A stretch of DNA of 63,255 nucleotides, counting the filler, from Reclinomonas americana ATCC 50394 (Eukaryota), in NCBI GenBank assembly GCA_048213135.1. It is 7 parts of 5 records of this genome, joined end to end, with 100 filler letters (N's around TTAATTAATTAA, not from the genome) between each part and the next. Parts side by side here need not be neighbours in the genome. Positions count along the whole stretch, not along the records: positions 1 to 21,739 come from PS015347.1; 6 more parts are not named here. One strand, 5' to 3'. The notes beneath the pieces are model-generated. The model made no database searches. It worked only from the letters and a program-made list of their open reading frames with translations, and was not told where the DNA came from. This document shows positions 1-11,660 of this stretch, piece by piece. How positions within the stretch are numbered: position 1 is the stretch's first letter; each line of letters begins with the position of its first letter. The position numbers were made by a program, and so were the translations under genes.

Positions 1-29
1 CGTGTGTGTCGTCGTGAGTCGTCGTAGGT

Positions 30-76
<47 letters not shown>

Positions 77-156
77 CAGAGAGAGAAAGAGAGAGACAGA
101 GAGAGAAAGAGAGAGACAGAGAGAGAAAGAGAGAGACAGAGAGAGAGAGAGAAAGA
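30..156. repeat. (GT)n followed by (GA)-rich microsatellite, probably intronic
   Basis: gtgtgt... then gagagacaga/gagagaaaga units seen directly. Confidence 0.9.
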
Positions 157-336
157 GCCACAGTGTCCAAATGAAGTTGTGCGTGACACAGTGAGCTAGA
201 TTCCTTGAGTATTTGTGTGCATCACAATTTGTTGTTGTTGAGGGATAGAGTATTCCAGATGACGAAGTTTTGAGTGCGTGCCTGTCTGAAGTGGTCATGT
301 TATTCTCCTCACCTTCTGTCACTCTCTCCTTCTCAG

Positions 337-954
337 GTGTACTCGGATCGTGAACTGTCGCGTGAACTCGACTCGGTCTTTGACGCGATCAGCAACACCA
401 AGGGCGAGTGGAACGATCGAGTCGAGGCGCTGCGCAAGTTCCAAGCGCTTCTTCTGGGAGGTGCTCCCGAGTGGGATAGCTTTCTGGGTTCGTGTCGTCG
501 CTTCGTGGAGCCGATGGCGAAGCAGGTGCGTTCTTCCCCTTCATTTCGTCTCGTGTATCTGCTGGCTGCTCACTCCTGTCACCGAAAAGCTGGGAGACCT
601 GCGATCGGCGGTCGTGCGCGAAGCTTGCAACGCAGTGGTGCGCATGTCGGAGACGCTTGGTGATGCGTTCGACCCCTACGCCGAGGCCTTTATTCCTGCA
701 CTGTACAAGTTGACGTTTGTCACGATTCAAGTGATTGCCGACAGCGGCAATGCGTGCATGCGGGCCATTGTGCAGAACTCGAGATTATCGCGCGGCACGG
801 TGCAGAAGCTGCTGGATGGGTTGAACATGCGACAAGTGTGCGTGGGGTAACTGGGGAGGGGGAGGGTGAGAGGGAGGCGAAAGAGAGAGAGAGAGGAGGG
901 AGGGAGGAGAGAGAGAGACGAGAGAGAGAGAGAGAGGAGGAAGGAGAGAGAAGA

Positions 955-1024
<70 letters not shown>

Positions 1025-4000
1025 GGGAAGATGAGAAAGAATGAGTATGAGAGAGAGAGAGCGCAGAGAATTCTGTCGAGAGGATAACATGAGATGAACT
1101 CACTGCTTACTCACATTATCTTTGCCTTCACAGTGCTTGTCGTGTGCGTGCATGCGAGTTGCTGCTGCTGCTGGTGGAGCGCAACACCAAGGCATTTGTC
1201 GAGCGCAATGCCGAGGTGTTGACAGATGCCTTGCGCAAGGGCATTCAGGACTCGCAGGCGGAGGCCAGGCGTGCGGCGCGCTTCGCGTTCTGGGCGTTCC
1301 ACAATCACTGTCCGTCACAGGCACAAAAGTTACGTGTTCCGCTCCTCGATCCGCCGTCGATGTGCACTGACCTCTCTTTTGTCGTCGACAGGCTGATGTC
1401 GACGTTTGACAGCAGCACTCAGCGCGTGCTTATGGAGGACAAGGAGGCGTACGCAGAGTCGGCGGCTGCTTCCGCCGCTGGGCACGACTCATCGGTGTCA
1501 CCGGCTGGGAAGCAGACGAGTGCGCGGAAACCAGCAGGTTGGTGGATTGGGGAGAGAGATGGGAGATGGGAGGGAAGAGGAAGGGAAGGGACGGAGAGGG
1601 AAGGGAAGAGAAGGGAGAGAAAAGGAGAAAGGGAAGAATGGGGAGGGAAGGGCAGGGAGGGAGGAGAGGGATAGGGAGGGAGGAGAGGGATAGGGAGATG
1701 GGGGGAAAGGTAGGGAGAGAGAGAAAAGGAGGGATGAGAGAGATAAGGAAAGAAGAGAAAGGGAAGGGAAGGGAAGGGAAGACAAGTGCGAAGAATGAAA
1801 GGGGAAGGGACAGAGGAGAGGGATAGGGAGAGAGAGGGAATGGAGAAGAATAGAGAATGGAGAAGAATAGAGAGGGAGAGAGAAAGAAATTAAGAAAGAG
1901 ATAGAGAAGGAACAGAGATTAGAGGGATAGGGAGAGAGAGAGGGAATGGAGATGAATAGAGGAACAGAGAAAGGGAGATGAAGGAAGGAAGGCAGAAAGA
2001 ACGAATGAGAGAAAGAAAGAAAGAGAGAATTGATGTTGATCAGTGTCCCCTCTTCTCATGCTTCTCTCCCTTGCAGCCATTGCCCAACCGCCGAGAAGAA
2101 AACCGGCGACACCCAACAGCGCGGAGGGTTCTGTGACTGTGCCTGTGCCAGATGTGGGACCGAGCGGCTCACGCTCGTCCACCACGCGCACGCGTCCGAA
2201 TGAGGAAGCCGGTGAATTCCGTGCGCCTCTTGCGGAAGGTCAGTCGAATTTGTGTGCCATTTGGTGAGAGCAGTTCGTCGTCGCTCATTCCTTGGGTGGA
2301 ACTTGTGCAGGTGCGCGTCATCGTTCGTCGAGCGCCTTTATCACGCCGAAGCAAGAGCGCTCTGGTATGGCTTCGGCGGCAGCACCCGCTGCTGCTGCTG
2401 CTGCAGCTGCGGGTCCAGCAGGTGCGCCGGCGAACAAGCCTGAGCGTTGCGTTGGATAGGGAAGGGAGGCGAAGGGAGGGAGGGGAGAGTGACGGGAAGG
2501 AGAGGAGGGGGGAGAAGAGAGAGGAAAGGGTGGACAAAGATAGTGGAATGTTGACGAAAGACGGAGAGAGAGGACGGGTGGCGAAGAAATGGGAGGGAGG
2601 AAAGGATGACATGTGCCAGATTGGGAGAGGAATTGGGAAGAAGTGAGACTCAGTGACACAGTGAGCGAGAGAGCGAAACTGGAGCAGACAGGGAGGAGGA
2701 GAGCAGATTCATTCTCTTCCCGCTCCGTTTCTCTCTGCCTATGCATGCCTCTCACTTCTTTTTCCTTGCTTGTCTTCTTCTTTTCCTCCTTCCATCCTCT
2801 CGTCTCCTCTCGTCTCCTCTCGTCTCCTATCTTTCCTCCTTCCATATTCCCTCTCCTCTCTTTCCTCCTTCCATGTCCCCTCTCCTCTCGTCTCCTGTCT
2901 TCTCCTCTCCCTCTCCCTCTCGCTCCCTCTCCTTCTCACCTCTCCTTCTCCCCCCTTCAGTCGACCGAGTCATGTCACCCACTCGACCGCGCGGCAACTC
3001 CGCCATGGCCGCCCTGGGCCAGTCGCAGTCATCGACGCCGACCTCGCGTCGCAGTGATTCCATCGCCTCCTCTTCGTCGGCCCTCTCCACGCCGTCTTCT
3101 ACGGGACGATATGAGGAGTTGTCGGCCGAGCTGCAGAATGTGTTGAATCAGTTGCGCGCCCCGCACGTGGTTTCGTTTTCATTCACCACCTCCTCCCTTA
3201 CACACTGTCACGCACGGCAGTCGCAACGGACGCAAGCAACCGAATCGCAGATCGATGGGATTCGGCGCACGACGAGTGGAGGTGGAGAATGGTGGTACTG
3301 GTGGCGGTGGTGCCGCTGCCGCTGCGAATGGCGACAGCGATGCTGCTGGCGCCGACGTGACTGCGCCCTCCCTCATGCACCGTCAAGCGATGAGCTCACC
3401 GGCAGCCGGCAGTGGCGGCAACAGCAGTGGTGTGCCGCCGCGCTCGTCCAGCAGCACTCGGCCGTCGCTGGGCGGCGCACCGTCGCGAACCATGGCCTCG
3501 TCGGGCGTGGCTGCGTCGGCTGGCGCAGCGGCGGCTGCAGTGGGCGCGGTGGACGACTACGAAGACGACGCGGAAGCCGGACGCTTCCCGTACGACTCGG
3601 TGGATCGCGAGAGCGACAGCGGAGCGGGTGACGATGGGGACGACGATGGGTTTGCCGACGAGAGTCCGCGTGCCATCTCCACGCAGTACGGCGCCAAGCG
3701 CATACCGCAGCGACCGAGAGCCGGTGAGTGGAAGGGGTGGCGGTAGTGGTGGAGATGAAATGACGACTCACGACAGAGAGATTGATTTTATTGGCAGACC
3801 CGACCACTGCGCTGCAGAATGTCACGAACTTGCCGTCGCACGTGGCACCGACTGGCGCTCGCCGCATTCGCGTGTCGGACGCCGCCAGTGGACCACCACC
3901 TGTGTCGCAGCCGCCATTGATCCCCGCGTTCCAGCGTCCAATTGTGGACGACGACGTGTCGTCTGATTCGCGGTTGTCGGCCGTGTCGCCGACGAGGTCG

Positions 4001-7000
4001 CGCAAGTCGTCAGTGGCGGTGCGTGATGGAGACTTTTCTCGCTTGATTATCTCTTGTCCTCATCGCCGTCACTCGCAGTCGCAGGAACCGCCGTCGGCCA
4101 AGAGCGGCATGTCGCCAACAAGTCCTCGACCGCGCGCGGATTCGCATTCGTCGTCGGGGTCGCCCAAGACACCCGACATTCTCGGCGACCTCAGCTCCAT
4201 TCTCGCCAGTGGCTCCGACAATGACTGGCAGATTCGCATTCAGTCGTTCCGTGATATTCAGAGGTGCGGGGTTGGGGGGTGAAGGGGGGTGCTTGCTTGC
4301 TGTGGTTGTTTCCAGTTTTTATCTTGTTGATGGTGTTGGGTGTGTGCTTTTCCTCTTGCTCCTTGTTGGATTGCTTTTCCTTTTCTCTTGCCATTCTTGT
4401 TTGTTGTCGATTCCGTGCTGTGATGGTATTGTGAGGTGCTTCCTCTGCTTCTTGTTGTGATGCTTGTCTTTTTCCTCGTCACTTTGTTATTGTTTCTGCT
4501 GTTCTCTGTTGATGCTTTGTGATTGTGTTTCATCTTCTGTTTTGTAATGTTGCTGCCTGCTGCTTTGTTGCCGATTCCACGCTGCTGATGCTATCGAATG
4601 CGCTTTTCCTTCTGCCTCTTGTTGTGTTGCTGTTCTTTCCCCCTTTCACGCTGTTGCTAATCTTCTCCCTATATTTGCTCGCTCGCAGAGTGTCAAAGTC
4701 AGGTCGCTCGGGCGAAATCGCCAAGCACTTTGACAGCGTGTTGCACTTGCTGATGGAGAGATTGTCGGATCCGCATTTCAAGGTACTTGTCGAGTCCCCA
4801 CTGTCGTCTGCATGCTCTGCAGCTCTTCTCACTTCTACCATGCAGGTGGTCATTGCGGCACTGGAGGCACTGATTGATTTGGTGCCGGCGTATCGCACCA
4901 ATATGGAGAATTTGTTGGAGAGATTGTTGCCGCGCGGTTCGTTGTTGTGGTTCATCCCCTGCGATTAAGATGGTGGCTGACTGAAGTCTGTGTGTGTGTG
5001 TGTGATCGTGCAGTGATTCTTAATCTGTCGCACGCCAAGCAGCAGGTCAAGGAGTTGTCGTCGCAGGTGTTGGAAGTGATTGTGGCGAATTTTGCCAGTG
5101 AGGCGTTGCTTCCTGTGCTGTCCAAGGTGGGGAAATGGGAGGGGTGGATAAAGGGGGAGGGGGTTGAAAGGGGGAAAGGGTGGACGAAGGGGAAGGGTGA
5201 GAGGAGAAGAGAGGAACGAAAGAGGGGAGGGGCGAGAGGGGAAGATAGGAAGGAAAGAGGGGAAGGGTGAGAGGGGAAGAGAAGACGGAAAGAGGGGAAA
5301 AGAGGAAGGGTGGATAAAGGTGAAGGCTAAAGGGAAAGGGGGAGGGTGAGGGGGAAGAGAAGAAGGAAAGAGGGGAAAAAGGAAGGGTGGATACAGGGGA
5401 AGGCTAAAGGGAAAGGTGGGAGGGTGAGGGGGAAGAGAAGAAGGAAAGAGGGGAAAAAGGAAGGGTGGATAAAGGGGAAGGTTAAAGAGAAAGTGGGAAG
5501 GGTGAGGGGGAAGAGAAGAAGGAAAGAGGGAAGAGAGGAAGGAAAGAGGAAGGGTGGATAAAGGGGAAGGCTAAAGGGAAAGGGCGAAGAGTAAGAGGGG
5601 AAGAGGGGAAGAGAGGAAGGAAAGAGGGGAGGGGTGAGAAGGGAAATTGAAAGAGAATAGAGGATCGGTGAATTTGGAATGGTGAGAAGGGTGTTGAGAA
5701 GGGCGTTGAACAGAAAAGAGCTTTTACAAGGAGAGGTGCACGAGAAGAAGTGTTGGAGAAAGGAACTGGAGGTGGGATGGTGAATCGGCAGTAGTGAACT
5801 GTGCTTGTGGTTGGAAGTGCAGAGGGGAGCAATAGATGGAGAGCAGGTGGGATCGGACGATGAAGTGAGTGAATGTGGATGTGAAGGAGTAACTGATGGC
5901 GGGGAGCGTTTGCTGCTTGTGATTTGATACCATTACGCTCTTGGTGCTCATACCCTGATCCCAGGTCCTTGACAATCGCAATCCCAAGATCCGACTCGGC
6001 GCAATGGAATACTTGATGCACATCATCGGCCAGTCGCACGCGTACTTTTCGGCGGCATCACGTTTTGTGTCTTGCGCAGTTTCTTTCCCCTCCTCTCTGA
6101 CATCTCACTCCCCTTCGTTTTGCAGAAATGCGACTGTTCCTCAACCGACTGGTTGGGTTCACCGCCAACAAGAATGCCGATTTGCGCAAGGCCGCTGTGG
6201 CCACCACTGTTACTCTGTACAATGTTAACAAGGACGTATTCTTGTCGCAACTGGCGGTGCGTCGTGATTGTCATCATTTCCCACTGCTCGCTATTTGGTG
6301 ATCCTCATCGCCGCGCGTAGTGTCTGCCCGCTGCCGAGCAAGCGAGTCTGCGCAAGCTGATGCAACCGTATCTGGGAACGGATCTGGAGCTGGAGGTTCG
6401 CGCGCACTCTCGTCAGAAGCCGCCATCGGCGGCATCAAATCACTCCGCCTCTGGTTCCTCGGTGTCGAGTTCGTCGGCTGGCTCTGTACACGATGTTATT
6501 GTGCATCCGTATGGGGATCAAGACATGCCGCTGTCGTATCACGGCAGTGGGGCGTCCTCGGGCATGCCACGGTACACTGTGGATCTTGTGAGGTGCTTTG
6601 TTGGACACCAGTTCCTCACTCTTGTGTACTGCGCAGATCGTTGTCGCAGTCGCGACCAACTGCACCGTCGGCCGCGGCAGCAGCATCAGCGGCTCCGGCG
6701 ATTCCCATGACTGCGTCGTCACCGGTGGTGCCGTCCTCGCGGGCGCTTCCGCTCTCGTCCAGGAGTGCGGGGTCGTCGGCATCGGAGAGCAGTGTGATTC
6801 CGGATCCTGTTTTGTATCAGCAGAGGCAGGGAGGTGTGTGAAGGGGCAAAGAGGGAAAGGGGGCTTCGGGGGAAAGGGGGCTAGGAGTGAAATGGGGCTA
6901 CGAGGAAAAGGGGGCTACGAGGGAAAGGGGGCTACGAGGGGAAGGGGGCTAGGAGGAAAGGGGGTTACGAGGGAAAGGGGGCTACGAGGGAAAGGGGGCA

Positions 7001-10000
7001 AAGAGGGAAAGGGGGCGAAGAGGGAAAGGGAGCGAAGAGGGAAAGGAGGTTGGGAGGGAAAGGGGGCTAGGAGGGAAAGGGGGCTAGGAGGGAAAGGGGG
7101 CTAAGAGGGAAAGGGGGCTACTACAGAAAGGGGGCTACGAGGGAAAGGGGGCTAAGAGGGTGTTCGATTGCTGACTTTTCTGCGCCTTGTAGGACAAGCA
7201 CCGCTGGCGACCAACTAGTTGCGTCTGATGTCAGCTTTTCCATCACAGAAGCAATCCCCCTCATCATGTGTGCGTCCAGCGAACCTAGTCGACATGCCAA
7301 TGGCGCGTCGTCATATTCGTCGTCGTCGTCGTCGTCGTACGGGATTCCCGGCACTCCGGGTGTCAGCCACCCTGTATCAGCAGGGACGCCGATGCAACCG
7401 GCTGCAAGACCGATTCGGTCGAGCAGGTTTGTGTGCAGAAGCACGGCTGCCAATGATGATTGTAAGCTGATTTTGTTTGTCACAGTCCTGCTCGTGCGAA
7501 TATCGAGAGCCTGCTGGCGGGAAGTCCAAGCACGGCTGCTCGTACGGTGCGTTCTGCTGGGGGTTCGCCGATTTCCTGTGTCGCTGGATAATGACCATTT
7601 TTCCTTCCTACAATGCAGCAATCAAGTACCGCAACTGCCCCTGCCCCGGCTGCGTCTGCTCCGCGCTCGTCGACTGCCACGTCGTTGGCAACCAAGTTTG
7701 CATCACCAATGCGAGCAGGTGTGTGGGGAGGGGAAAGGGAAAGGGAGGAGCGAGGGAGAGGGAGGGAGGGAGGAGGGGGGGAAAGAAGGAGGCGGTTCTG
7801 TGAGACTTCGACAAGAAGTGTTGGTGAATGTAGATGCGAAGGGTTGGTGAGACAAGTAAGAGCAGGAGGGAGAGTAAGACTGTGAGGTTGGAAAGGAGAG
7901 CAGAAGGCAGTGAGTGTCGAATGGATTAATAATGGGGACAGCGAGTGCGACTGAGAGAATGAATTTTAGAGAGGCGGAATGGAGGATGTTGACTAAGAGT
8001 GGAGAATGTTGAGGGTGTTAGTATTGCGGGTTGGGGATGGAGTGTGAGAGCGATAGTGAGAGAGAAAGGAAAGAGAAAGTGCAGGAAAGGAAAGAGAAAG
8101 AGAAAGAGAGAAAGGAAAGAGAAGAGAAGAGAGAAGGAAAGAGAAAGAGAAAGAGAGAGAGAGAGAAAGGAAAGAGAAAGTGAGGAAGATCACATGCAGA
8201 GGGAGCGGAGAATATTGCGGGTTGGGAATGGAGTGTGAGAGCGATAGTGAGAGAGAAAAGAAAGAGAGAGGTAGGAGAGAGAAAGAGAGAAAGGAAAGAG
8301 AAAGAGATAAAGGAAAGTGAAAGTGAGAAAGTGAGAAAGATCACATGCAGAGAGAGCGGGAGTGTTGGGGTTGGGGATGGAGTGAGAGCGATAGTGAGAG
8401 AGAAAGGAAAGAGAAAGTGAAAGAGAGAAAGGAAAGAGAAAGAGAAAGTGAGAAAGATCACGTGCAGAGAGAGCGGAGAATATTGCGGGTTGGGGATGGA
8501 GAGTGAGAGAGAAAGGAAAAAGAGAGAAAGGAAAGAGAAAGTGAAAGAGAGAGAAAGGAAACAGAAAGAAAAAGTGAGAATGATCACGTGCAGAGAGCGC
8601 GGAGAATATTACGGGTTGGGGATCGAGTTTGAGAGCGACAGCGAGAATGAGTAAATGAGAATTGCGGCGCAGAAAGTACAGCCTGAGCCGGAGAGTTGAA
8701 TGTAGAGCAAGAGCGAGAGAGCTATAATGTGCGTATGAGAGTGTTAAAATTGAAAGGGAGAGTGAGCTCGGAGTTTAAAAGTGCAGAGAAGTGTGTGTGT
8801 GTGGGTGTGCGAGCGGGCAGTGAGGAAAAGCAAGTCTTTTTATGAGAGTGGGCCTCTTATGTGCACGTGACATCTTGTTGCTGATGTGGCTTCTTACATT
8901 GTTGCGATGCAGGTCCGCCCCGTCACACGACAGAAGAAGGCAGCGATCCGCACGAGGAGGAGACGGAGGTGTCGTGGGAGATTGAGTTCCCCACTCTCAT
9001 CTCGGATGCGCATTCGACCGGTGAGTTGATGTGGTGATTTCTGTGGATATTCGCTGTCATCGACACGATCCATTGTTGTGTGCACTTGAATCTTTTCTCG
9101 GTCTCCAGTGTGAGACTTGCGTGTGACCGCTGTGCATTGCCTCTCTTTTCCACAGCAGCGAGACTTGTCGTCTTATTGAGGTCACTGTTTTCCATCTCAT
9201 CTCGTCTTGAGAAATCATCACATAGGTTTCTTCTCATGGTTTCTGCGTGAGACTCGCGTGTGTTTCCTCGATGTGTAGCGTCTCTTTTTAAGAGCGAGGT
9301 TGTACTGCTGATTGTGTGGGAGTTTCAACGTGTTGAGGTCACTATGTTCCGTGTCGGTGGTTCCGTCGCACAATGCTTCTTCTCCCGGTCTTCTGCGACA
9401 CTCGCGTGCGTTTCCTCGGTGTATTGCGTCTCTTTTGAATTGTGAGAGTTGTCCTGTTGAGTTTCTGTGGTCACTGTAATTCCATCCTATCTGTTTTCGG
9501 GTTTCGTTGCACGTTGTTTCTTCTCACGGTCTTCTGCGTGAGACTCGCGTGTGTTTCCTCGGCGCATTGCCTCTCTTTTTGAATTGTGAGAGTTGTCCTG
9601 TTGAGTTGAGGTCACTGTGATTCCATCCTATCTCTTTTGGTTTTCGTCGCACATGCCTCGCGTTTGGTGCATTGCCTCTATTTCACAAGAGCAAGACTTG
9701 TCGTTCTGTCTGCACTTCATCATTGTGCATGTCCTCCTTCATGTGCTCATCAAATTCCGTGCCACAGGCGCTCGACGAACGACGGCGTTGCGCGGTCTCG
9801 TCCGCACGTGCTCCGAGGTGCACGCGAGCAGTGTGTGGAGCACGTACTTTTCGCAAGTACTGCTGGTGCTGCTGGAGTGCCTGGAGGATGCGGATGTTGC
9901 GTCGGGGAGGAGCTGTCCAGCCTCCCCTTTCCTGCGACTGACGCATTGTGTGCCGTGCAGGAAACCAATCGCGAATTGAGTCTGGTGGCCGTCAATCACT

Positions 10001-10511
10001 TGGTGCAGAATCAGGGGTCATTCTTCCGTGAGTACATTAGCGTGGTGCTCACGCGCCTGCTGAAGAAGTTCCGCGACCCTTCGCGTGCGGTGAGTGCGGG
10101 GACGGCAGTGACTACATGCGCCTCATTGCAAGCTGAGAACTCCTTTCGCTTTCACGCAGGTTGTGCGTGCCGCGGAGGTGTGCGTGAATCAATTCGTGTC
10201 GGTGATTGATCCGCGGTGGTCGCTGGAGGTGCTGGCGTCGTCGGTCATGTCGGAGGATGGGCCGGTGTTGCATGGTTCCATTTTGATGATTCACAAGTTG
10301 ATCAAGGGGATGACCAGTGATCAGTTGATGAATGTGCTGCCGACGGTGTTGCCGGGGTTGTTTGAGGTGGGTGGGGGTGTGTGAGGGGAAGGGGGTGAGA
10401 GGGAAAAGGGAGATAAGAGGGGAAGGATATGAGAGCGAAGGAAGGAGAGGAATGGGGGTGTTCGCGGGAAACGATGGTATTCATGAAATTTTGCACTTGA
10501 CATGATCGCAG

Positions 10512-10562
<51 letters not shown>

Positions 10563-11038
10563 ACGATGTATGTATGTTTGTCTGTTATTCGTTCTGTTAA
10601 ATTTCCAACTGAGAGCGAGGTTGGGAGAGAGAATGTGTGTGCGCATGCGTGTGTGTGTGTGTGTGTGCTTGTAGGTGTGTCTGAATGAGAGCCCGTCTGT
10701 TAGCGAAGGGTTTGGAGTTTACAATGCAAATTGTGTCCAAGATTCATCGCACTCTGCATGTCCATCTTCAAATGTGTATTTGTTTGTGAAAGAGGGAGAG
10801 AGAGACTGAGCCAGAGAAAGAGAGAGGGGGAGATAGAGTGAGTGTGGATTTCGGAATTTGTGAGGCAAGGTTTGTCAAGCATCGCTTGTGCTATGCACGA
10901 ACGCTATGTTTTGTGTGTCACTCTCTCTTTCTCTCTTGTGTCTTTTCGTGTGTGTATGAGTGTGTGTGCGTGCGTGATCGGATTGTTTGTTCTGATACGT
11001 GAGCAAGGTCGAGAATGGGTGCATGAGAGAGCGAGATT

Positions 11039-11079
<41 letters not shown>

Positions 11080-11099
11080 GTGAGACAATGAGAGGGAGG

Positions 11100-11131
<32 letters not shown>

Positions 11132-11479
11132 CGCTGGGGAGAGAAATGCACCCTTCGACTCCAACGTGCATTGTGCTTTCTCTGTTTGTATTGTGCACTT
11201 GAAAGCATGCGTGAACTTGTCTCCAATCCTGGCTCCATATCTCACACATTCTTCCACCAGGGCTTTCGCAACACCAACCCCGACATTCGCAAGGCGGTGG
11301 TCTTCTGCCTGGTGGACATGTACTTGACGATCGGCGAACCGCTGATGCCGTATCTGGGCGAACTGAACTCGAGCCAGCTGAAACTTGTGCAGATTTACAT
11401 CAGCCGGCACGTCAACCCGCGTGCGTCCGTCGGCAATGCGGCCGCCGCAACAGCTGTCGAATCGGGTCAGCCGTTGTGA
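337..11479 (+). CDS. CLASP: CLASP (CLIP-associating protein) family TOG/HEAT-repeat microtubule regulator, ~26 exons, 5' partial
   Basis: Spliced reading gives TOG2-like 'EWNDRVEALRKFQ..LGDLRSAVVREAC..KLTFVTIQVIADSG..GIQDSQAEARRAAR', a Ser/Pro-rich linker, TOG3-like 'DWQIRIQSF..ERLSDPHFKV' and C-terminal 'GFRNTNPDIRKAVVFCLVDMY..LNSSQLKLVQIYI' (stop 11479). Approx exons: 337-525, 590-837, 1134-1328, 1392-1537, 2077-2238, 2311-2445, 2961-3150, 3221-3723, 3798-4018, 4079-4263, 4689-4782, 4846-4935, 5014-5126, 5965-6061, 6126-6256, 6321-6571, 6637-6833, 7193-7217, 7280-7425, 7486-7546, 7619-7718, 8914-9020, 9768-9895, 9961-10089, 10160-10366, 11261-11479. Confidence 0.9.
6845..7160. repeat. Intronic ~17-bp G-rich minisatellite (gagggaaagggggctac-like)
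   Basis: Many tandem 'gggaaagggggcta' units inside CLASP intron 6834-7192. Confidence 0.85.
8015..8650. repeat. Intronic purine-rich tandem repeat, ~120-190 bp units
   Basis: Recurrent 'gatcacRtgcagaga..gaatattgcgggttggggatggagtg(tg)agagcgatagtgagagagaaa', 4-5 copies. Confidence 0.8.
9105..9710. repeat. Intronic degenerate ~140-bp tandem repeat
   Basis: 'gtgagactcgcgtgtgtttcctcg..ctctttt..gaggtcact..ttcc' recurs near 9110, 9248, 9400 and 9540. Confidence 0.75.
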
Positions 11480-11660
11480 GAGCGTGAAGAAGAAAAAGAA
11501 AAGGAGGGAGGGAGATAGGGAAAAGGAAGAGTTGAGCGTATGTTTGTGTGGAAAAAGACAAAAAGAGGAAAGAAGCAGCAGCAAGAAAAAGAAAATGAAT
11601 CGCCAAAGTCAGCATACAGCTTGCAGCGGACAACGAAGTTCCATTTTTATCATTTGAGAC

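Noticed and set aside
720..1103. ER/RE- and LS-rich ORFs here and in other GA tracts
   Set aside because: Stop-free microsatellite translations inside introns.
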